A stretch of 64,000 nucleotides of DNA from Victivallis vadensis (GCA_040391785.1 JBEBXH010000027.1:1500-65499), one strand, 5' to 3'. Positions 43,633 to 55,167 are shown, numbered from the stretch's first letter. A program made the numbers and translations. Notes: generated by a model from the sequence alone, not told the origin.

Positions 43633-44999
43633 TGATTGCGGTAATGTCATTTTGCGGACTGTGCGTGCTGCTACTGATGGGGAAGCTGATCCGCACCTAC
43701 GTGCCGCTGTTTCAACGGTTGTACTTGCCGGCCTCGGTGATCGGCGGGGCGCTGGGATTGGTGATTATCAATGTCTGCGGCAGTTGGATTTCCCCGGAAT
43801 GGTTCGCGGCGTGGAACAACCTGCCCGGATTTCTGATCAATATTGTGTTTGCTTCGCTGTTCCTCGGCGTGAAACATTCCAGTAAGGCTGGAATGTGGAA
43901 AATCACCATGCCGCAGGTCTGTTTCGGGCAGATTACTGCCTGGGGGCAATATGTGGTGGGGCTGATCGTGGTGCTGCTTTTCCTGGGGCCGGTGTTCGGT
44001 GTGCCGAGTGTGTTCGGGAACCTGATCGAAATCGGGTTCGAAGGCGGACACGGTACGGTCGGCGGATTGACCAAAATGTTCAAAGATCTGGGGTGGCCGG
44101 AAGGGGTCGACCTGGGCTACACCATGGCGACGACCGGGATGATTTTCGGGATTATCATCGGGATGATCCTGATCAATGTGGCCGCACGGCGCGGCGAGGT
44201 CGATAACATCCGTACTTTCAACGATATGAGCAAACTTGAACAGCGCGGGATCTACCGGCTCCGGCGGCAGCCGCCGGCCGGCAAGCAGACCGTGCATTCC
44301 GATTCGGTGGATTCGCTGGCGCTGCATATCGCGATCATCGGGATTGCGGTGTTGATCGGGTACGAAATGAAGGCGGGGTTGATGCTGCTGAACGGAGTGG
44401 TTCCGGAATCCATTCAGAATACGCATATCCTGACCAGTTTTCCGCTGTTCCCGCTCTGTATGATCGGCGGGCTGATTCTGCAGTTCATGCTGAATAAAAC
44501 CAGGACGCGTGCGCTGGTGGACGCGGGGCAGATGCAGCGTTTGTCCGGGGCGTCGCTGGACTTTCTGGTGGTGTCGGCGGTGGCGACGATCCAAATCAAA
44601 TTTGTCTTGAACTACTGGCTGCCGCTGTTGATCCTGATTCTTTTCGGCGTTGCCTGGAACGTATTTACGGTGCTGTTTCTGGGGAAACGGATTTTCAAGG
44701 AAGCGTGGTTCGAGCGGTCGATTGCCGAGTTCGGGCAGTCGATGGGGGTGACGGCGACCGGACTGCTGCTGCTGCGTACGGTGGACCCGGACAACAAAAC
44801 CTGCGCGGCCTCGGCTTTCGGTTACAAACAATTGTTTCATGAGCCGTTCATGGGCGGGGGCATCTGGACCTCGCTGGCGGTGCCGCTGGTGATTCAAAAG
44901 GGGGGCTGGCCGGTGTTTTTCATCTGCCTGGCATTTCTGATATTCTGGTTTGCGATCTGGCGAATATTTTTTTACATAAAACCGGTGAAAAATGAGTGA
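43632..44999 (+). CDS. gltS: sodium/glutamate symporter family protein
   Basis: Polytopic membrane protein with the IEIGFEGGHGTVGG block. TAATG overlap with nfo. Confidence 0.78.
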   Translation: MIAVMSFCGLCVLLLMGKLIRTYVPLFQRLYLPASVIGGALGLVIINVCGSWISPEWFAAWNNLPGFLINIVFASLFLGVKHSSKAGMWKITMPQVCFGQITAWGQYVVGLIVVLLFLGPVFGVPSVFGNLIEIGFEGGHGTVGGLTKMFKDLGWPEGVDLGYTMATTGMIFGIIIGMILINVAARRGEVDNIRTFNDMSKLEQRGIYRLRRQPPAGKQTVHSDSVDSLALHIAIIGIAVLIGYEMKAGLMLLNGVVPESIQNTHILTSFPLFPLCMIGGLILQFMLNKTRTRALVDAGQMQRLSGASLDFLVVSAVATIQIKFVLNYWLPLLILILFGVAWNVFTVLFLGKRIFKEAWFERSIAEFGQSMGVTATGLLLLRTVDPDNKTCAASAFGYKQLFHEPFMGGGIWTSLAVPLVIQKGGWPVFFICLAFLIFWFAIWRIFFYIKPVKNE

Positions 45000-47571
45000 A
45001 GAAAAGAAAAAACGGATAAACCGCGGCTGTCTGACCCGGATTGCCATTGTGGTAGTAACGGTGGCGGTGGTTCTGCTGCTGCAGAGTCTGCCGGTGTGGC
45101 TGAGCGGTAAACTGCTGCCGGCGCTGGCGGAGTCCGCCGGTATCGCCGGGCTCGAGGCCAATGTCACTTCGCTGGGGCTGACTCAGGCGGAATTGCGCAA
45201 TGCCAAAATCCGAATCGAGGGGAAACGTTCGATCTCAGTTGACTCGATCCGGGTCAACTATTCGCTGCCGTTCTATCCGTTTCAGAAGCAGATCAAGATC
45301 AAAAGCTTGCTGATTACGGGGCTGCGGGTCAATGCCGTGCAGGAAAATGGCGAGTGGTCGATTCCGGGGATTTACCCGGATCTCGTCAAGAATAAAAGTA
45401 CCGCCGAGCCGGCGAAAAGCGATAAAAATGAAAAGACGGAAGGCCTGGTGCATCTGCAGCGGTTGATCCTGAAGGATTGCGAATTCCGGATCCGGTACAA
45501 CGAGGCGCTGTATACGATTCCGGTGTCGCTGAGTCTGAATATGCCGGAGGAGGCGGATAAGCCGTGGCGGGCCCGGGGGGCGATCCAGTTTTCCGGGGAT
45601 AAATTCAATATGAACGGCACATTCAATCGTGACAGCGGCCAGTTTGAGTTCAATCTCAAATCATCGTTACGGCTGGCCAATTACACGAATTTCATGCCGG
45701 AAATGAGACAGAAAAGACTATTCGGCAATGCTTCGTTTCTGGGGAAGGTGACAGGGCAGATTCGTAATACCAATGAACTGCGCGACTTGAAGGCCGAGTT
45801 ATCATTCGACCGCCTGAGCGTCGGTTCGCCTCAGTTCGCGGTCAGCGTTCCCGATGGTAAATTCTTTGTCATTTCGCTGACTCAGGCGGACAAGGATCAT
45901 TTTGACTGGAGCATGAACGGAATCCGGTTGGCGCGCCCGCTGATGTTTGAGCTCACCGAGAGCGGCGGGCAGATCGTCCGGAACGGGGATGAATTGACCC
46001 TTAACGGCAAGATCGGCAGCAGCTTGAAAAAGCAATTATGGATCACTCGCGATTTGCCGTTAAACCACGATTTCGACTTCAAATGGAACTTGAAAGAGCA
46101 GGCAGGAGCATGGAATTATCAACTGGCGGTAACTGAATCCGGATGGGAAAATCTGGTGAATATGACATTCGAAAAAATCGCGGTGAGCAGCAGCGGTACC
46201 ATCGATAAAGGGGGGATCAGCTCCCGGAACCAGGTGGCGGTGACGCCGGATTTGAGCTTGAAAACGGCGGGGAAGTCGATCAAGATTGCGGCCCCGTTGT
46301 TGAATGGCGATGTCGGACTGAAAGACGGCAAGCTTATCGGCAGTGTCAAATTGCACACCGGCGGCATTGCCGCGCCGGAGCTTGAGGCGCATACCGGGGC
46401 GCTGGATATCGTGTTGCCGGTAGATGCCGCGGAGGCGAGCAGCATCAATCTCGCCGGAGCGGAATTCAAGAATTATAAGATTGACCAAATCAAATACGGG
46501 GTTAAACGCACGGAAGATCAGCTGGTATTGGACGGTCAGATTCTGCAGAGCATGCTGCCGCTCGATTGCCGGAATGTCTGCACGGTTTCGCTGAGCCCCG
46601 AGCTGGCGGTGGATGTTCAGTTGAACGTGGCCGCCAAAGATAAGACCGCGCTGATGGAGTTGGATAGCCTGGCCCCGGCCTTGAAGAATATGAAGCTCGG
46701 CGGCGATCTGGGGATTGAGGCGAATTACCGCTGGACGGCGAAGAAGCAGACGGGGGCTTGTACGGTTTATCTGGCGGACGGGCGGCTGGTCAACGATGAG
46801 ATGAAGTTGACGGCGTCCGGGCTGGATTTCAAGGTCGGGCTTCCGGATTTGCCGACGCTGAAAACCGAGGCGCTGCAGCGGCTGAATTGTAAGGAATTGA
46901 AGTTCAAAAACTTTGTGTTTAATAACATCGAAGCCGGGTTTTCGCTGGAGCGCAATATGGTGTTTCTGCTGGAAAGCTTTAGTGTTGATTGGTGCGGCGG
47001 CAGTGTGTTCACCTATTCGCTGCGCCTGGCGCCGGGCGACCGCAATGTCAATGCCACGATCTATTTCGACGGCTTGAACATTTCCCGGGTCATCGGACAG
47101 ACCGGGCTGGCCACGGCCGAGGGCGACGGCACGATTTACGGGCGTTTGCCGATGACGGTGGGGAGTGCCGGTATCCAGCTTCGCCCCGGATTCCTCTATT
47201 CGGCGCCCGGCGAGACCAAAAATATCCGATTCAAGAATCTGGACAATATGCTGGACTCCATACCGCAGGGGAGCGCGCAGTACAATCAGCTGGACCTGGC
47301 GTCCGAGGCGCTGAAAAATTTCAATTACGACTGGTTCAAGGTCGATCTGAGAAGCGAGGGGGACAAGTTGATCCTGGCCTCGCAGTTCAACGGCCGTCCG
47401 GTCGATAAACTGCCGTTCACCTATGACGCGAAAAGCGGCGGACTGGTCCGGGTGGAGGGCGCGCAGGCGACTTTTCAGGGCATTAAGCTGGACCTGAATA
47501 CCAGCGTGCCGTTGAATCAATTATTGCAGTTCAATTCTCAAATACAAAAACTTGCCGGAGGTAAAAAATGA
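44992..47571 (+). CDS. ydbH: YdbH-like AsmA-family protein
   Basis: N-terminal TM segment and 859 aa. The C-terminal block (NFNYDWFKVDL...FNGRPVDKLPFTYD) is YdbH-like. YnbE and YdbL homologues follow. Confidence 0.7.
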   Translation: MSEEKKKRINRGCLTRIAIVVVTVAVVLLLQSLPVWLSGKLLPALAESAGIAGLEANVTSLGLTQAELRNAKIRIEGKRSISVDSIRVNYSLPFYPFQKQIKIKSLLITGLRVNAVQENGEWSIPGIYPDLVKNKSTAEPAKSDKNEKTEGLVHLQRLILKDCEFRIRYNEALYTIPVSLSLNMPEEADKPWRARGAIQFSGDKFNMNGTFNRDSGQFEFNLKSSLRLANYTNFMPEMRQKRLFGNASFLGKVTGQIRNTNELRDLKAELSFDRLSVGSPQFAVSVPDGKFFVISLTQADKDHFDWSMNGIRLARPLMFELTESGGQIVRNGDELTLNGKIGSSLKKQLWITRDLPLNHDFDFKWNLKEQAGAWNYQLAVTESGWENLVNMTFEKIAVSSSGTIDKGGISSRNQVAVTPDLSLKTAGKSIKIAAPLLNGDVGLKDGKLIGSVKLHTGGIAAPELEAHTGALDIVLPVDAAEASSINLAGAEFKNYKIDQIKYGVKRTEDQLVLDGQILQSMLPLDCRNVCTVSLSPELAVDVQLNVAAKDKTALMELDSLAPALKNMKLGGDLGIEANYRWTAKKQTGACTVYLADGRLVNDEMKLTASGLDFKVGLPDLPTLKTEALQRLNCKELKFKNFVFNNIEAGFSLERNMVFLLESFSVDWCGGSVFTYSLRLAPGDRNVNATIYFDGLNISRVIGQTGLATAEGDGTIYGRLPMTVGSAGIQLRPGFLYSAPGETKNIRFKNLDNMLDSIPQGSAQYNQLDLASEALKNFNYDWFKVDLRSEGDKLILASQFNGRPVDKLPFTYDAKSGGLVRVEGAQATFQGIKLDLNTSVPLNQLLQFNSQIQKLAGGKK

Positions 47572-47756
47572 AAAAAGGATTGTTGGTACTGGGGCTTGTC
47601 GCCGCTGCGGCGCTGGCCGGATGCATTAAAACGGAGAGCAAAGTGGAAATCGCCCCCATCGAAGTGAAGCCGGTGCATTTGACCATTGACATCAATGTCA
47701 GGGTGGAAAAGCAGCTGGACGACTTTTTCGGCGATCTGGATAATCAACAACAATAA
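47568..47756 (+). CDS. ynbE: YnbE-family lipoprotein
   Basis: 62 aa. LAGC lipobox and PIEVKPVHLTIDINVRVEKQLD, similar to E. coli YnbE. Confidence 0.75.
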   Translation: MKKGLLVLGLVAAAALAGCIKTESKVEIAPIEVKPVHLTIDINVRVEKQLDDFFGDLDNQQQ

Positions 47757-47777
47757 TAAACAGCAGGAGAAAAGAAA

Positions 47778-48149
47778 ATGTTGAAGAAAATTTTACTGGT
47801 ACTGTGTCTGATTTTGAGTTTCAGCGCTACGGTTTTTGCTGCGGATTCCAATGAGCAGATCAAGGAGCGCATGAAGCAGCGCCTGACCAAGATCAACGAT
47901 TACAAGGACAAAGGCGCGGTGGGCGAAGACAACAAGGGCTATCTGGTAACGAGAGCCAATGACGCCGAGGCCGACAAGATCACCAAGGAAGAAAACGCCG
48001 ACCGCAAAACCGTTTACAACGAAATTGCCAAGAGCACCAAAGCCTCCGTCGACCAGGTCGGACAGCAGCGCGCCGCGAAGATTGCCGAAATCAGCAAAAA
48101 GGGCCATTGGCTGCAGGACAAAACCGGGAAGTGGTACCAGAAACAGTAA
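47778..48149 (+). CDS. ydbL: YdbL-family (DUF1318) periplasmic protein
   Basis: Signal peptide. GAVGEDNKGYL...ENADRKTVYNEIA...GHWLQDKTGKW pattern. Confidence 0.78.
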   Translation: MLKKILLVLCLILSFSATVFAADSNEQIKERMKQRLTKINDYKDKGAVGEDNKGYLVTRANDAEADKITKEENADRKTVYNEIAKSTKASVDQVGQQRAAKIAEISKKGHWLQDKTGKWYQKQ

Positions 48150-48169
48150 TTGTTTAAAGGTAGATATTT

Positions 48170-49420
48170 ATGAACATATCCGAATTCTGCCGCGTTTACC
48201 GGGTGGATGAAGCCTGTGCTCTGGCCATGGGCCGGAACTGGTGGCGCTCGCAGAGCGAAATACCGGCGTCCGGCCCGGAGTTCCTCAAACCTGAAACTCT
48301 GCGCGAGAATTTCCGGCACACCGGCCTGGTGCCGGAGGCGCTCGGCTTGCTGGAAGAGATGAATGCGCGTATCAATGCCGATCCGCAGCTCGTCCAGCTG
48401 GCCTGGCACGCTCACCGCTGTCTGGTGGTTTACGATCAGATCAATTTCCGGGAATGGAGTGATTTCGAGGAACTTTTTGCGGGGAAGGGCGGATTGTTCT
48501 ATTTGCTGATTGCCTGTTCGGTGCCGCCTTTTGTCCGGGCGAAGCTCGGCGAACTCGGCATCCCGGAGGAATATCTGTGCTGCTGTACGCGGATTCGCGG
48601 GTATTACGACACCTATATGAGCGGCTACGGCAAGCCGGGGCTGAATCGCACCCAGCTGCATTGGCTGCGGCATTATATTGACGGCACGGTGTTCCGGGTG
48701 GGGCGCTTCGAGTACATGCTGGCCAAGGCGCATCACTACAATGCGATTGTCTTCCGCCATCGCCGCGACGGCCGGATACAGGCGGTGCCGGGCCCGCTCG
48801 AAAATCTTTTCGACAAAGACGGATATGTGTTGTTTCCCGATGACAAACAGGCTGCGTTCTGCGGTTCGTTTGTCCGGGCGGGGGGAACCGTGATGGCGAT
48901 TCCGTACAACCCGGACGGTGTGGCGGAAAACCGGATCATCGAGCTGCCCGAGAGCGATTGGGAAGTGGTGGTCCGGGCGGATTCGGACGTGCTGGGCGTG
49001 CATATTCCCGAGGGCGGCAAGATGACGCCGGAACTTTGCGGAGAGTCGTTCCGTCTGGCATTCGAATTTTTCGGCAAATACTTCCCGCAGATGGATTTCC
49101 AAGCGATTTTCTGTGCGTCGTGGATTTTTTATCCGTATTACGAGCAGGTGCTGCCGGAGTCGAATCTGGCCAAACTGATGCGCGAACTGTACCTCTTTCC
49201 GCGGCCGTCGAGCGGTCACGACGGGGTCTATTTCATCTTCGGGCGCGAAAAAGGGGATTACATGGAGTACCCGCGCGACAATTCCATGCGGCGGGCCATG
49301 CTGGATGTGCTGCAGAACGGCGGGCGGCTGCGGAGCGGCGGCATGTTTTTCCTGAAAGAGCATTTGCCGCTTTTCGGACAGAGTCCGTACCGGAAGATGC
49401 AAAAAAATATTGAAAATTGA
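48170..49420 (+). CDS. DUF5596 / GNAT-like C-terminal acyltransferase-domain protein (tentative)
   Basis: VLGVHIPEGGKMTPELCGESF...FCASWIFYPYYEQVLPESNL resembles the Acetyltransf_17-type block as I remember it. Confidence 0.45.
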   Translation: MNISEFCRVYRVDEACALAMGRNWWRSQSEIPASGPEFLKPETLRENFRHTGLVPEALGLLEEMNARINADPQLVQLAWHAHRCLVVYDQINFREWSDFEELFAGKGGLFYLLIACSVPPFVRAKLGELGIPEEYLCCCTRIRGYYDTYMSGYGKPGLNRTQLHWLRHYIDGTVFRVGRFEYMLAKAHHYNAIVFRHRRDGRIQAVPGPLENLFDKDGYVLFPDDKQAAFCGSFVRAGGTVMAIPYNPDGVAENRIIELPESDWEVVVRADSDVLGVHIPEGGKMTPELCGESFRLAFEFFGKYFPQMDFQAIFCASWIFYPYYEQVLPESNLAKLMRELYLFPRPSSGHDGVYFIFGREKGDYMEYPRDNSMRRAMLDVLQNGGRLRSGGMFFLKEHLPLFGQSPYRKMQKNIEN

Positions 49421-49459
49421 TAGAATCACTGTATATTTGACTGAATAAAAACAAGGAAA

Positions 49460-50467
49460 ATGATGTCGTTACTGGAGGTTGAAAACCTTTCGCTGGAATT
49501 CTGTTCGGACGGGCAGTGGCTGCCGGTGGTGAGCAATGTTTCGTTCCGGGTGGACAAAGGCGAAATCCTGGCACTGGTCGGCGAGAGCGGCTGCGGCAAA
49601 AGCGTGAGCTGTCTTTCGCTGGCACGGCTGCTGCCGCCCGCGGCGCGCTATGCCTCGGGCAAAGTGACTTTCCGCCACGGCGGCATCGAGGGCGACACGC
49701 TGAGCATGTCGAACCGGGAGCTGCGGAAAATCCGCGGCGGCGGGATCGCCTATATCTTTCAGGAGCCCTCGGCGTCATTGAATCCGGTTTTCCGGATCGG
49801 CGACCAGATCATCGAAGCGCTTGAGCTGCATCGCAGCGATGTAGCGGATTACGGGGCGGAGGCCGTGGCGCTGTTGAAACAGGTCGGCATTCCCGCGCCG
49901 GAAACGCGGCTGCGCAGTTTCCCGCACGAATTGAGCGGCGGTATGCAGCAGCGCGTGATGATCGCCATGGCGCTCGCCGGCAATCCGGCGCTGCTGGTGG
50001 CGGACGAACCGACGACGGCGCTGGATGTGACGATTCAGGCGCAGATTCTTGAACTTCTGAAAAAGCTTCGCGATGAACGCGATATGGCGATTATCCTCGT
50101 TACGCACAACCTCGGGATCGTGGCGGAAATGGCCGACCGGGTGGCGGTGATGTACGCAGGAAATATCGTCGAAACCGCGCCCACCGACGAATTGATCCAT
50201 CATCCGAACCATCCGTACACCCGTGCTTTGCTGGCGGCGGTGCCGAGGCTGAATCATGAGTCCGGGCGCTTGACCACGATTCAAGGGGTGGTGCCGTTGC
50301 CGGCCGATTTCCCGGCGGGGTGCCGCTTCTCGGGGCGTTGCGACGAAGCGGCGCGGCGTTCGGAAGCCTTCCGTGAGCGCTGCCGCTGCTGTATGTCGCC
50401 GGAAACGGAGGTCGCTCCACAGCATTTCAGCCGTTGTTACCTGAATAATCCGGAGGGGGACGCATGA
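49460..50467 (+). CDS. ABC transporter ATP-binding protein (OppD/DppD-like); no permease gene nearby
   Basis: Walker A is GESGCGKS. Signature is LSGGMQQR. Walker B is [12 protein letters not shown]. Confidence 0.85.
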   Translation: MMSLLEVENLSLEFCSDGQWLPVVSNVSFRVDKGEILALVGESGCGKSVSCLSLARLLPPAARYASGKVTFRHGGIEGDTLSMSNRELRKIRGGGIAYIFQEPSASLNPVFRIGDQIIEALELHRSDVADYGAEAVALLKQVGIPAPETRLRSFPHELSGGMQQRVMIAMALAGNPALLVADEPTTALDVTIQAQILELLKKLRDERDMAIILVTHNLGIVAEMADRVAVMYAGNIVETAPTDELIHHPNHPYTRALLAAVPRLNHESGRLTTIQGVVPLPADFPAGCRFSGRCDEAARRSEAFRERCRCCMSPETEVAPQHFSRCYLNNPEGDA

Positions 50468-51189
50468 AATCCCTGATTCCGCTGATTTTATTTCTGAGCA
50501 CGATCGTGTTGTTGACGGTGGTGCTGACCAATACTCAGACGATCCGCCTGGAAACCACGCGCAGCGGAGAGGCTCCGGAGCGTGATGTCGGCCATTTCAG
50601 CATGGATGCCGGCAGCTCGCTGTTGACTACGGTGGCCGCCCCGAATTCGAAAAAACGGCCGACTCCGGCGGAGCGGCTGTCGCTGGACCATCTGGCGATC
50701 GACGCCACCGCGGCGCTGGTCGATGATGATTTTGAGACGGCCATCAACAATTCCCGGACGCTGCTGATCTTTGACCCGCAGAATTATACGGCGCTGTCGG
50801 TGCTGGGCAAATCGCTGTTTCTGACGGATCGCTTCAAGGATGCCGAGCTGGTTTACCAGCGCCAGGCGGTGTTTTACGCCACGGACCCGATCGTGTTTGC
50901 CAACCTCGGTTACACGCAGGCGCAGCTGGGCAAATATAAACAGGCGGTAGATAGTCTGCAGGAAGCGCTGCGGCTCGATCCGCGCTCCGGAGAGATTCTC
51001 CTGAGCATGGCCGGAATCTGCATCATGGACGGTCAGAAAGAGCGGGCGCTGAACTACCTCCAGATGGCCGGCAACCGCATGGGGCCCCGGTTGCTGGATG
51101 CATTGCAGCAGTCGATATTTGACGATGTCCGCGAGGACCCGGCATTTCACAAGATTGTCCGGACGCTGCAGGAAAAGAAGGACGAATGA
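50464..51189 (+). CDS. TPR-repeat protein with an N-terminal TM anchor
   Basis: TPR-like A/L/Y periodicity (for example ALSVLGKSLFLTDRFKDAELVYQRQ). ATGA overlap with the upstream gene. Confidence 0.6.
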   Translation: MKSLIPLILFLSTIVLLTVVLTNTQTIRLETTRSGEAPERDVGHFSMDAGSSLLTTVAAPNSKKRPTPAERLSLDHLAIDATAALVDDDFETAINNSRTLLIFDPQNYTALSVLGKSLFLTDRFKDAELVYQRQAVFYATDPIVFANLGYTQAQLGKYKQAVDSLQEALRLDPRSGEILLSMAGICIMDGQKERALNYLQMAGNRMGPRLLDALQQSIFDDVREDPAFHKIVRTLQEKKDE

Positions 51190-51190
51190 A

Positions 51191-52987
51191 ATGAGCAAAA
51201 TTAAAGTATTGTCGGAACAGCTGAGCAACCGGATCGCCGCGGGCGAGGTGATTGAGCGTCCCGCCTCGGTAGTCAAGGAACTGGTGGAAAATTCCATCGA
51301 CGCCGGGGCGACCCGGATTTCTGTGACGATCGAGAAGGCCGGGCAGAAATCGATCGTGGTCACCGACAATGGCTCCGGCATGGATGCCGACGATGCCCTG
51401 ATGTGTCTGGAACCCCACGCCACCGGCAAGATTCACAACGAAGGTGATATCGACCATATCATGACCCTCGGGTTTCGGGGAGAGGCGCTGCCGAGCATCG
51501 CTTCGGTGGCGCGTTTCACGCTGCGGACCCGGCTGCACGATGCCGGGGAGGGGACCGAGGTGGTGGTGAACGGCGGCAAGGCCATTCATTCCAAGCCGGC
51601 GGGTTGCGCCCCGGGAACGGAAATTCAGGTGCGCGATCTTTTTTTCAACACTCCGGCCCGCAAGAAATTCATGCGGTCGATCGCTACCGAGGAGCGCCAG
51701 ATTCAGGAGATGATGTATCAACTGGCGCTGCCGTACCCGGAAATCGCCTTTGAGCTGACCATGGATGGGAACCGGGTTTTTAATTCGCCCGGCGCTCCGA
51801 CACTGGATTCGCGGATTACCGCGTTTTTCGGCAAGGCTTTCTGGAACTCGCTACTGCCGGTGAATTTCGTCCGGGAAGACGTGAAGGTCGAGGGATATGT
51901 GGCCATGCACGGTTTCACCCGCAATTCGCGCCGCGAGCAGCGCACGTTCGTCAACGGCCGCGCGGTGGAGGCCGCCGGGCTGTACCGAGGGATCCGCGAG
52001 GGGTACGGCGGCATGGTCGAAGTGGGGCGTTTCCCGCCGGTGATCGTGTTTTTGACCGTCGATCCGTATGAGGTGGATGTGAATGTGCACCCGGCCAAGC
52101 GCGAGGTGCGTTTCCGTCAGGAATATAAACTCGCCGGGCTGATCGCCGAGGCCATTCGCAATGCTTTGCGGCAGTCGCCGGCCCCGACCGTGAACATCGA
52201 TCCCGCGATTTCGTTGCGCTCACTGCTGGAATCGACCGAGATCTCCTATGAAATTTCCGAGCATGAACAGCCGGTCATGGATTTCGCCCGGCCCGAGCCG
52301 CAGGATTATGAATATTCCGTGCCGAAACCCATGGTCCAGAAAACCTGGGAACCGGAGCAGCCGCAGGTGATCGTCAGCGAGGGGCCGAAGGAACCGGTCA
52401 AGGATCCGTTCCTGCCGGGCAGCGGCAAAATCAATCTCCTCGGCTTCCTGGACCGCTCGTATCTGCTGGCCACTTCCGAGAGCGGGCTGCTGGTCATCGA
52501 TCAGCATGCCGCGCACGAACGGGTACTTTTTGAACGTTTTCTGAAGGCGGCGGAGCAGGGGGGCGTGGCCCAGAAACTGTTGCTGCCCATCACGCTGGAG
52601 TTGTCGCGCGCCGAGGCTGCGTACATCGACAAGAACAGTGGCATTTTCGAGAAGCTCGGTTTCGACATTGCCCAGCTCAGCAGCAACACCGTGATGATCA
52701 GTTCGGTGCCCCCGGATATCCGGCAGGAAAATATCGGCGGCATCATCCGCGACATGCTGTCGGAACTGATGGACGATTCGCTGACCGGGCGCAACGAGAT
52801 CGACGTGATTGCGCGCTCCGCCTGCAAGGCCGCGGTCAAGGCCCACGATTACCTGACGCTGGACGAGGCCAAGGGGCTGATCGCTCAAATGGCCTGCTGT
52901 GAACTGCCGTTCTCCTGTCCCCACGGGCGCCCCACGATCATTAATATTTCGATCGCCGAACTGGAAAAACGCTTCGGTCGGCGTTAA
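51191..52987 (+). CDS. mutL: DNA mismatch repair protein MutL
   Basis: [37 protein letters not shown], and C-terminal CPHGRP. Confidence 0.93.
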   Translation: MSKIKVLSEQLSNRIAAGEVIERPASVVKELVENSIDAGATRISVTIEKAGQKSIVVTDNGSGMDADDALMCLEPHATGKIHNEGDIDHIMTLGFRGEALPSIASVARFTLRTRLHDAGEGTEVVVNGGKAIHSKPAGCAPGTEIQVRDLFFNTPARKKFMRSIATEERQIQEMMYQLALPYPEIAFELTMDGNRVFNSPGAPTLDSRITAFFGKAFWNSLLPVNFVREDVKVEGYVAMHGFTRNSRREQRTFVNGRAVEAAGLYRGIREGYGGMVEVGRFPPVIVFLTVDPYEVDVNVHPAKREVRFRQEYKLAGLIAEAIRNALRQSPAPTVNIDPAISLRSLLESTEISYEISEHEQPVMDFARPEPQDYEYSVPKPMVQKTWEPEQPQVIVSEGPKEPVKDPFLPGSGKINLLGFLDRSYLLATSESGLLVIDQHAAHERVLFERFLKAAEQGGVAQKLLLPITLELSRAEAAYIDKNSGIFEKLGFDIAQLSSNTVMISSVPPDIRQENIGGIIRDMLSELMDDSLTGRNEIDVIARSACKAAVKAHDYLTLDEAKGLIAQMACCELPFSCPHGRPTIINISIAELEKRFGRR

Positions 52988-53048
52988 TGCGGTTGAAAAG
53001 TCCGCTCTTTTGAGCTATATTGTTCCGATAACGGAAAGGTTGAAACAC

Positions 53049-53312
53049 ATGAAACGATTTGAAGAACTTTTTGTCGAATTGAAAGCCAAGATCGAGCGCG
53101 GCGACCCGGAATCCGGTACCGTCAAAGAACTGGCCAAAGGCAAGCATTTCATCGGCAAGAAAATTATCGAGGAAGCCGGCGAAGTCTGGATGGCCGCCGA
53201 GTACGAAGGCAAGGAAAAGACCGCAGAGGAAATTTCGCAGCTGCTGTATCACCTTCAGGTCATGATGATTGCCAATGACCTCGAACTTGAAGACGTTTAC
53301 CGCTATTTATAA
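53049..53312 (+). CDS. hisE: phosphoribosyl-ATP pyrophosphatase
   Basis: [13 protein letters not shown]...[13 protein letters not shown]. Confidence 0.85.
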   Translation: MKRFEELFVELKAKIERGDPESGTVKELAKGKHFIGKKIIEEAGEVWMAAEYEGKEKTAEEISQLLYHLQVMMIANDLELEDVYRYL

Positions 53313-53324
53313 GAAGGAATCAAA

Positions 53325-54185
53325 ATGAATAATAATATGCTCAGGATCGCCATCCCCAACAAGGGGGCGCTGTCCGAATCCGCCGTGGATCTGCTCAAGG
53401 AAGCCGGTTATAAATGCTCGCGTTACGGCCGGGAACTGATGGTGACCGACCGGGAAAACCAGATCGAATTTGTGTTTCTGCGTCCGCGCGATATCGCGGT
53501 TTATGTGGGCAACGGGATCATCGAGCTCGGCATCACCGGGCGCGACCTGGTGCTGGACAGCCGGGCAGTGGTCGACGAGGTGCTGGCGCTGAACTTCGGC
53601 AAATCATCGTTCCGCTACGCGGTGCCGAATGCGTCCGACCTGACGCCGGATAAATTCGACGGCTTGCGGATTGCCACGTCATATCCGAACGTCGTTCTGA
53701 GTGACCTGGAAACACGGGGTATGGAAGCCTCGATCGTCCGTCTGGACGGTGCGGTGGAAATTTCGATCAGCCTCGGCGTGGCCGACGTCATCGCCGACGT
53801 GGTCGAATCCGGCGGCACATTGAAGGAAGCCGGTTTGAAGGTCGTCGGCGAGCCGCTGATGAACTCCGAAGCGATTCTGATCGCCCGTAATAAAGAAGTG
53901 GCCGCCAGCCCCGCGGTGCAGACCCTGATCCGCCGCTTAAAAGGCATTCTGGTGGCCCGCACCTGGGCCATGGTCGAATATGACATCCCGCGCGAAAAGC
54001 TGGAGAAGGCCTGCAAGGTCACTCCCGGGATCGAGGCGCCGACCATTGCGCCGCTGAGCAATCCCGACTGGGTGGCCGTCAAGGCCATGGTTAAGCGGTC
54101 GGAGAGCAACCGCATTATGGATGAACTTTATGAGCTGGGCGCGCGGGGCATTATTGTGACCGATCTGCGCTCCTGCCGTTTGTGA
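53325..54185 (+). CDS. hisG: ATP phosphoribosyltransferase (long form)
   Basis: LRIAIPNKGALSE...DIAVYVGNGIIELGITG, plus a C-terminal regulatory domain. Confidence 0.92.
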   Translation: MNNNMLRIAIPNKGALSESAVDLLKEAGYKCSRYGRELMVTDRENQIEFVFLRPRDIAVYVGNGIIELGITGRDLVLDSRAVVDEVLALNFGKSSFRYAVPNASDLTPDKFDGLRIATSYPNVVLSDLETRGMEASIVRLDGAVEISISLGVADVIADVVESGGTLKEAGLKVVGEPLMNSEAILIARNKEVAASPAVQTLIRRLKGILVARTWAMVEYDIPREKLEKACKVTPGIEAPTIAPLSNPDWVAVKAMVKRSESNRIMDELYELGARGIIVTDLRSCRL

Positions 54186-54192
54186 GGTGCGT

Positions 54193-55167
54193 ATGGACCG
54201 GATTATTGAGCGCGCCAGAGAAGTGTTTGATGTGGAAATCGCCGGGCTGCAAGCCCTGCGCGACAATCTGAACGGTGAGTTTATCGAACTGGTCAAGCGC
54301 TGCGAAGCGACATTGGACAAGGGCGGCAAAATCGTTTTCACCGGCATCGGCAAAAGCGGTTATATCGGCAAGAAAATCGCCGCCACCATGTCGAGCATCG
54401 GCTCGCCGGCGGTATTCATGCATCCGGTGGAGGCGCTGCACGGCGACCTCGGCATGCTGCAGAAAGACGACCTGCTGATCGCATTAAGCTACAGCGGCGA
54501 GACCGAGGAACTGCTGGTGATTTTGAATCCGGCCAAGCGCCTCGGCATCGAGATTGTCGCGATTACCGGCAACAGTTCTTCGCGGCTGGCTGAGTTCAGC
54601 AACATGACTGTGAATATGGCGGTGCCGCAGGAGGCGTGTCCCTTTAACCTGGCCCCGACCACGACGACCACCGCGCTGCTGGCGCTGGGCGACGCATTGG
54701 CGATGGTCCTCTTGGAAACCCGCGGTTTCACCAAGGAAAACTACGGCATGCTGCATCCGGGCGGCGCGATCGGCCGGGCCGTCACGACCCGCATCCGCGA
54801 CATTATGCGCAGCGGCGAGCGCCTGGCGCTGGTCCGTCCCGAAGATACCGTCAAAGATACGCTGCTGAAAATCACGGCGTCCCGCAGCGGCGCGGCGATC
54901 ATCGTCGATGACTGCAACCGCCTGCTCGGAATTTTCACCGACGGGGATTTCCGCCGTCATGCCGAGCACGGGCTGGAAGTTCTGGCGCGGCAGGTGGGCG
55001 AAATCATGACCCCGAATCCGGTGCGGGTCCAGGCGGATTCGCTGGCGATCGAAGCACTGAAAATCCTCGAAGAGAAACGCATCAACGCGATCATTGCCGT
55101 CGACTCCGACAATGTGGTGATGGGCCTGGTCGACGTGCAGGATTTGCCTCGCGTCAAACTGATGTAA
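54193..55167 (+). CDS. kdsD: arabinose-5-phosphate isomerase (KpsF/GutQ family; SIS plus two CBS domains)
   Basis: GKIVFTGIGKSGYIGKKIAATMSSIGSPAVFMHPVEALHGDLG. A GTG at 54187 is an alternative start. Confidence 0.85.
   Translation: MDRIIERAREVFDVEIAGLQALRDNLNGEFIELVKRCEATLDKGGKIVFTGIGKSGYIGKKIAATMSSIGSPAVFMHPVEALHGDLGMLQKDDLLIALSYSGETEELLVILNPAKRLGIEIVAITGNSSSRLAEFSNMTVNMAVPQEACPFNLAPTTTTTALLALGDALAMVLLETRGFTKENYGMLHPGGAIGRAVTTRIRDIMRSGERLALVRPEDTVKDTLLKITASRSGAAIIVDDCNRLLGIFTDGDFRRHAEHGLEVLARQVGEIMTPNPVRVQADSLAIEALKILEEKRINAIIAVDSDNVVMGLVDVQDLPRVKLM

Noticed and set aside
38436-49429. A series of long minus-strand ORFs (38436..39881, 41495..42808, 43671..45167, 46060..47520, 48014..49429)
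   Set aside because: Each is antisense to a recognisable plus-strand gene (FAD oxidase, thiI, gltS, ydbH and the acyltransferase-like gene). The products are low-complexity R/H/P/G-rich sequences.
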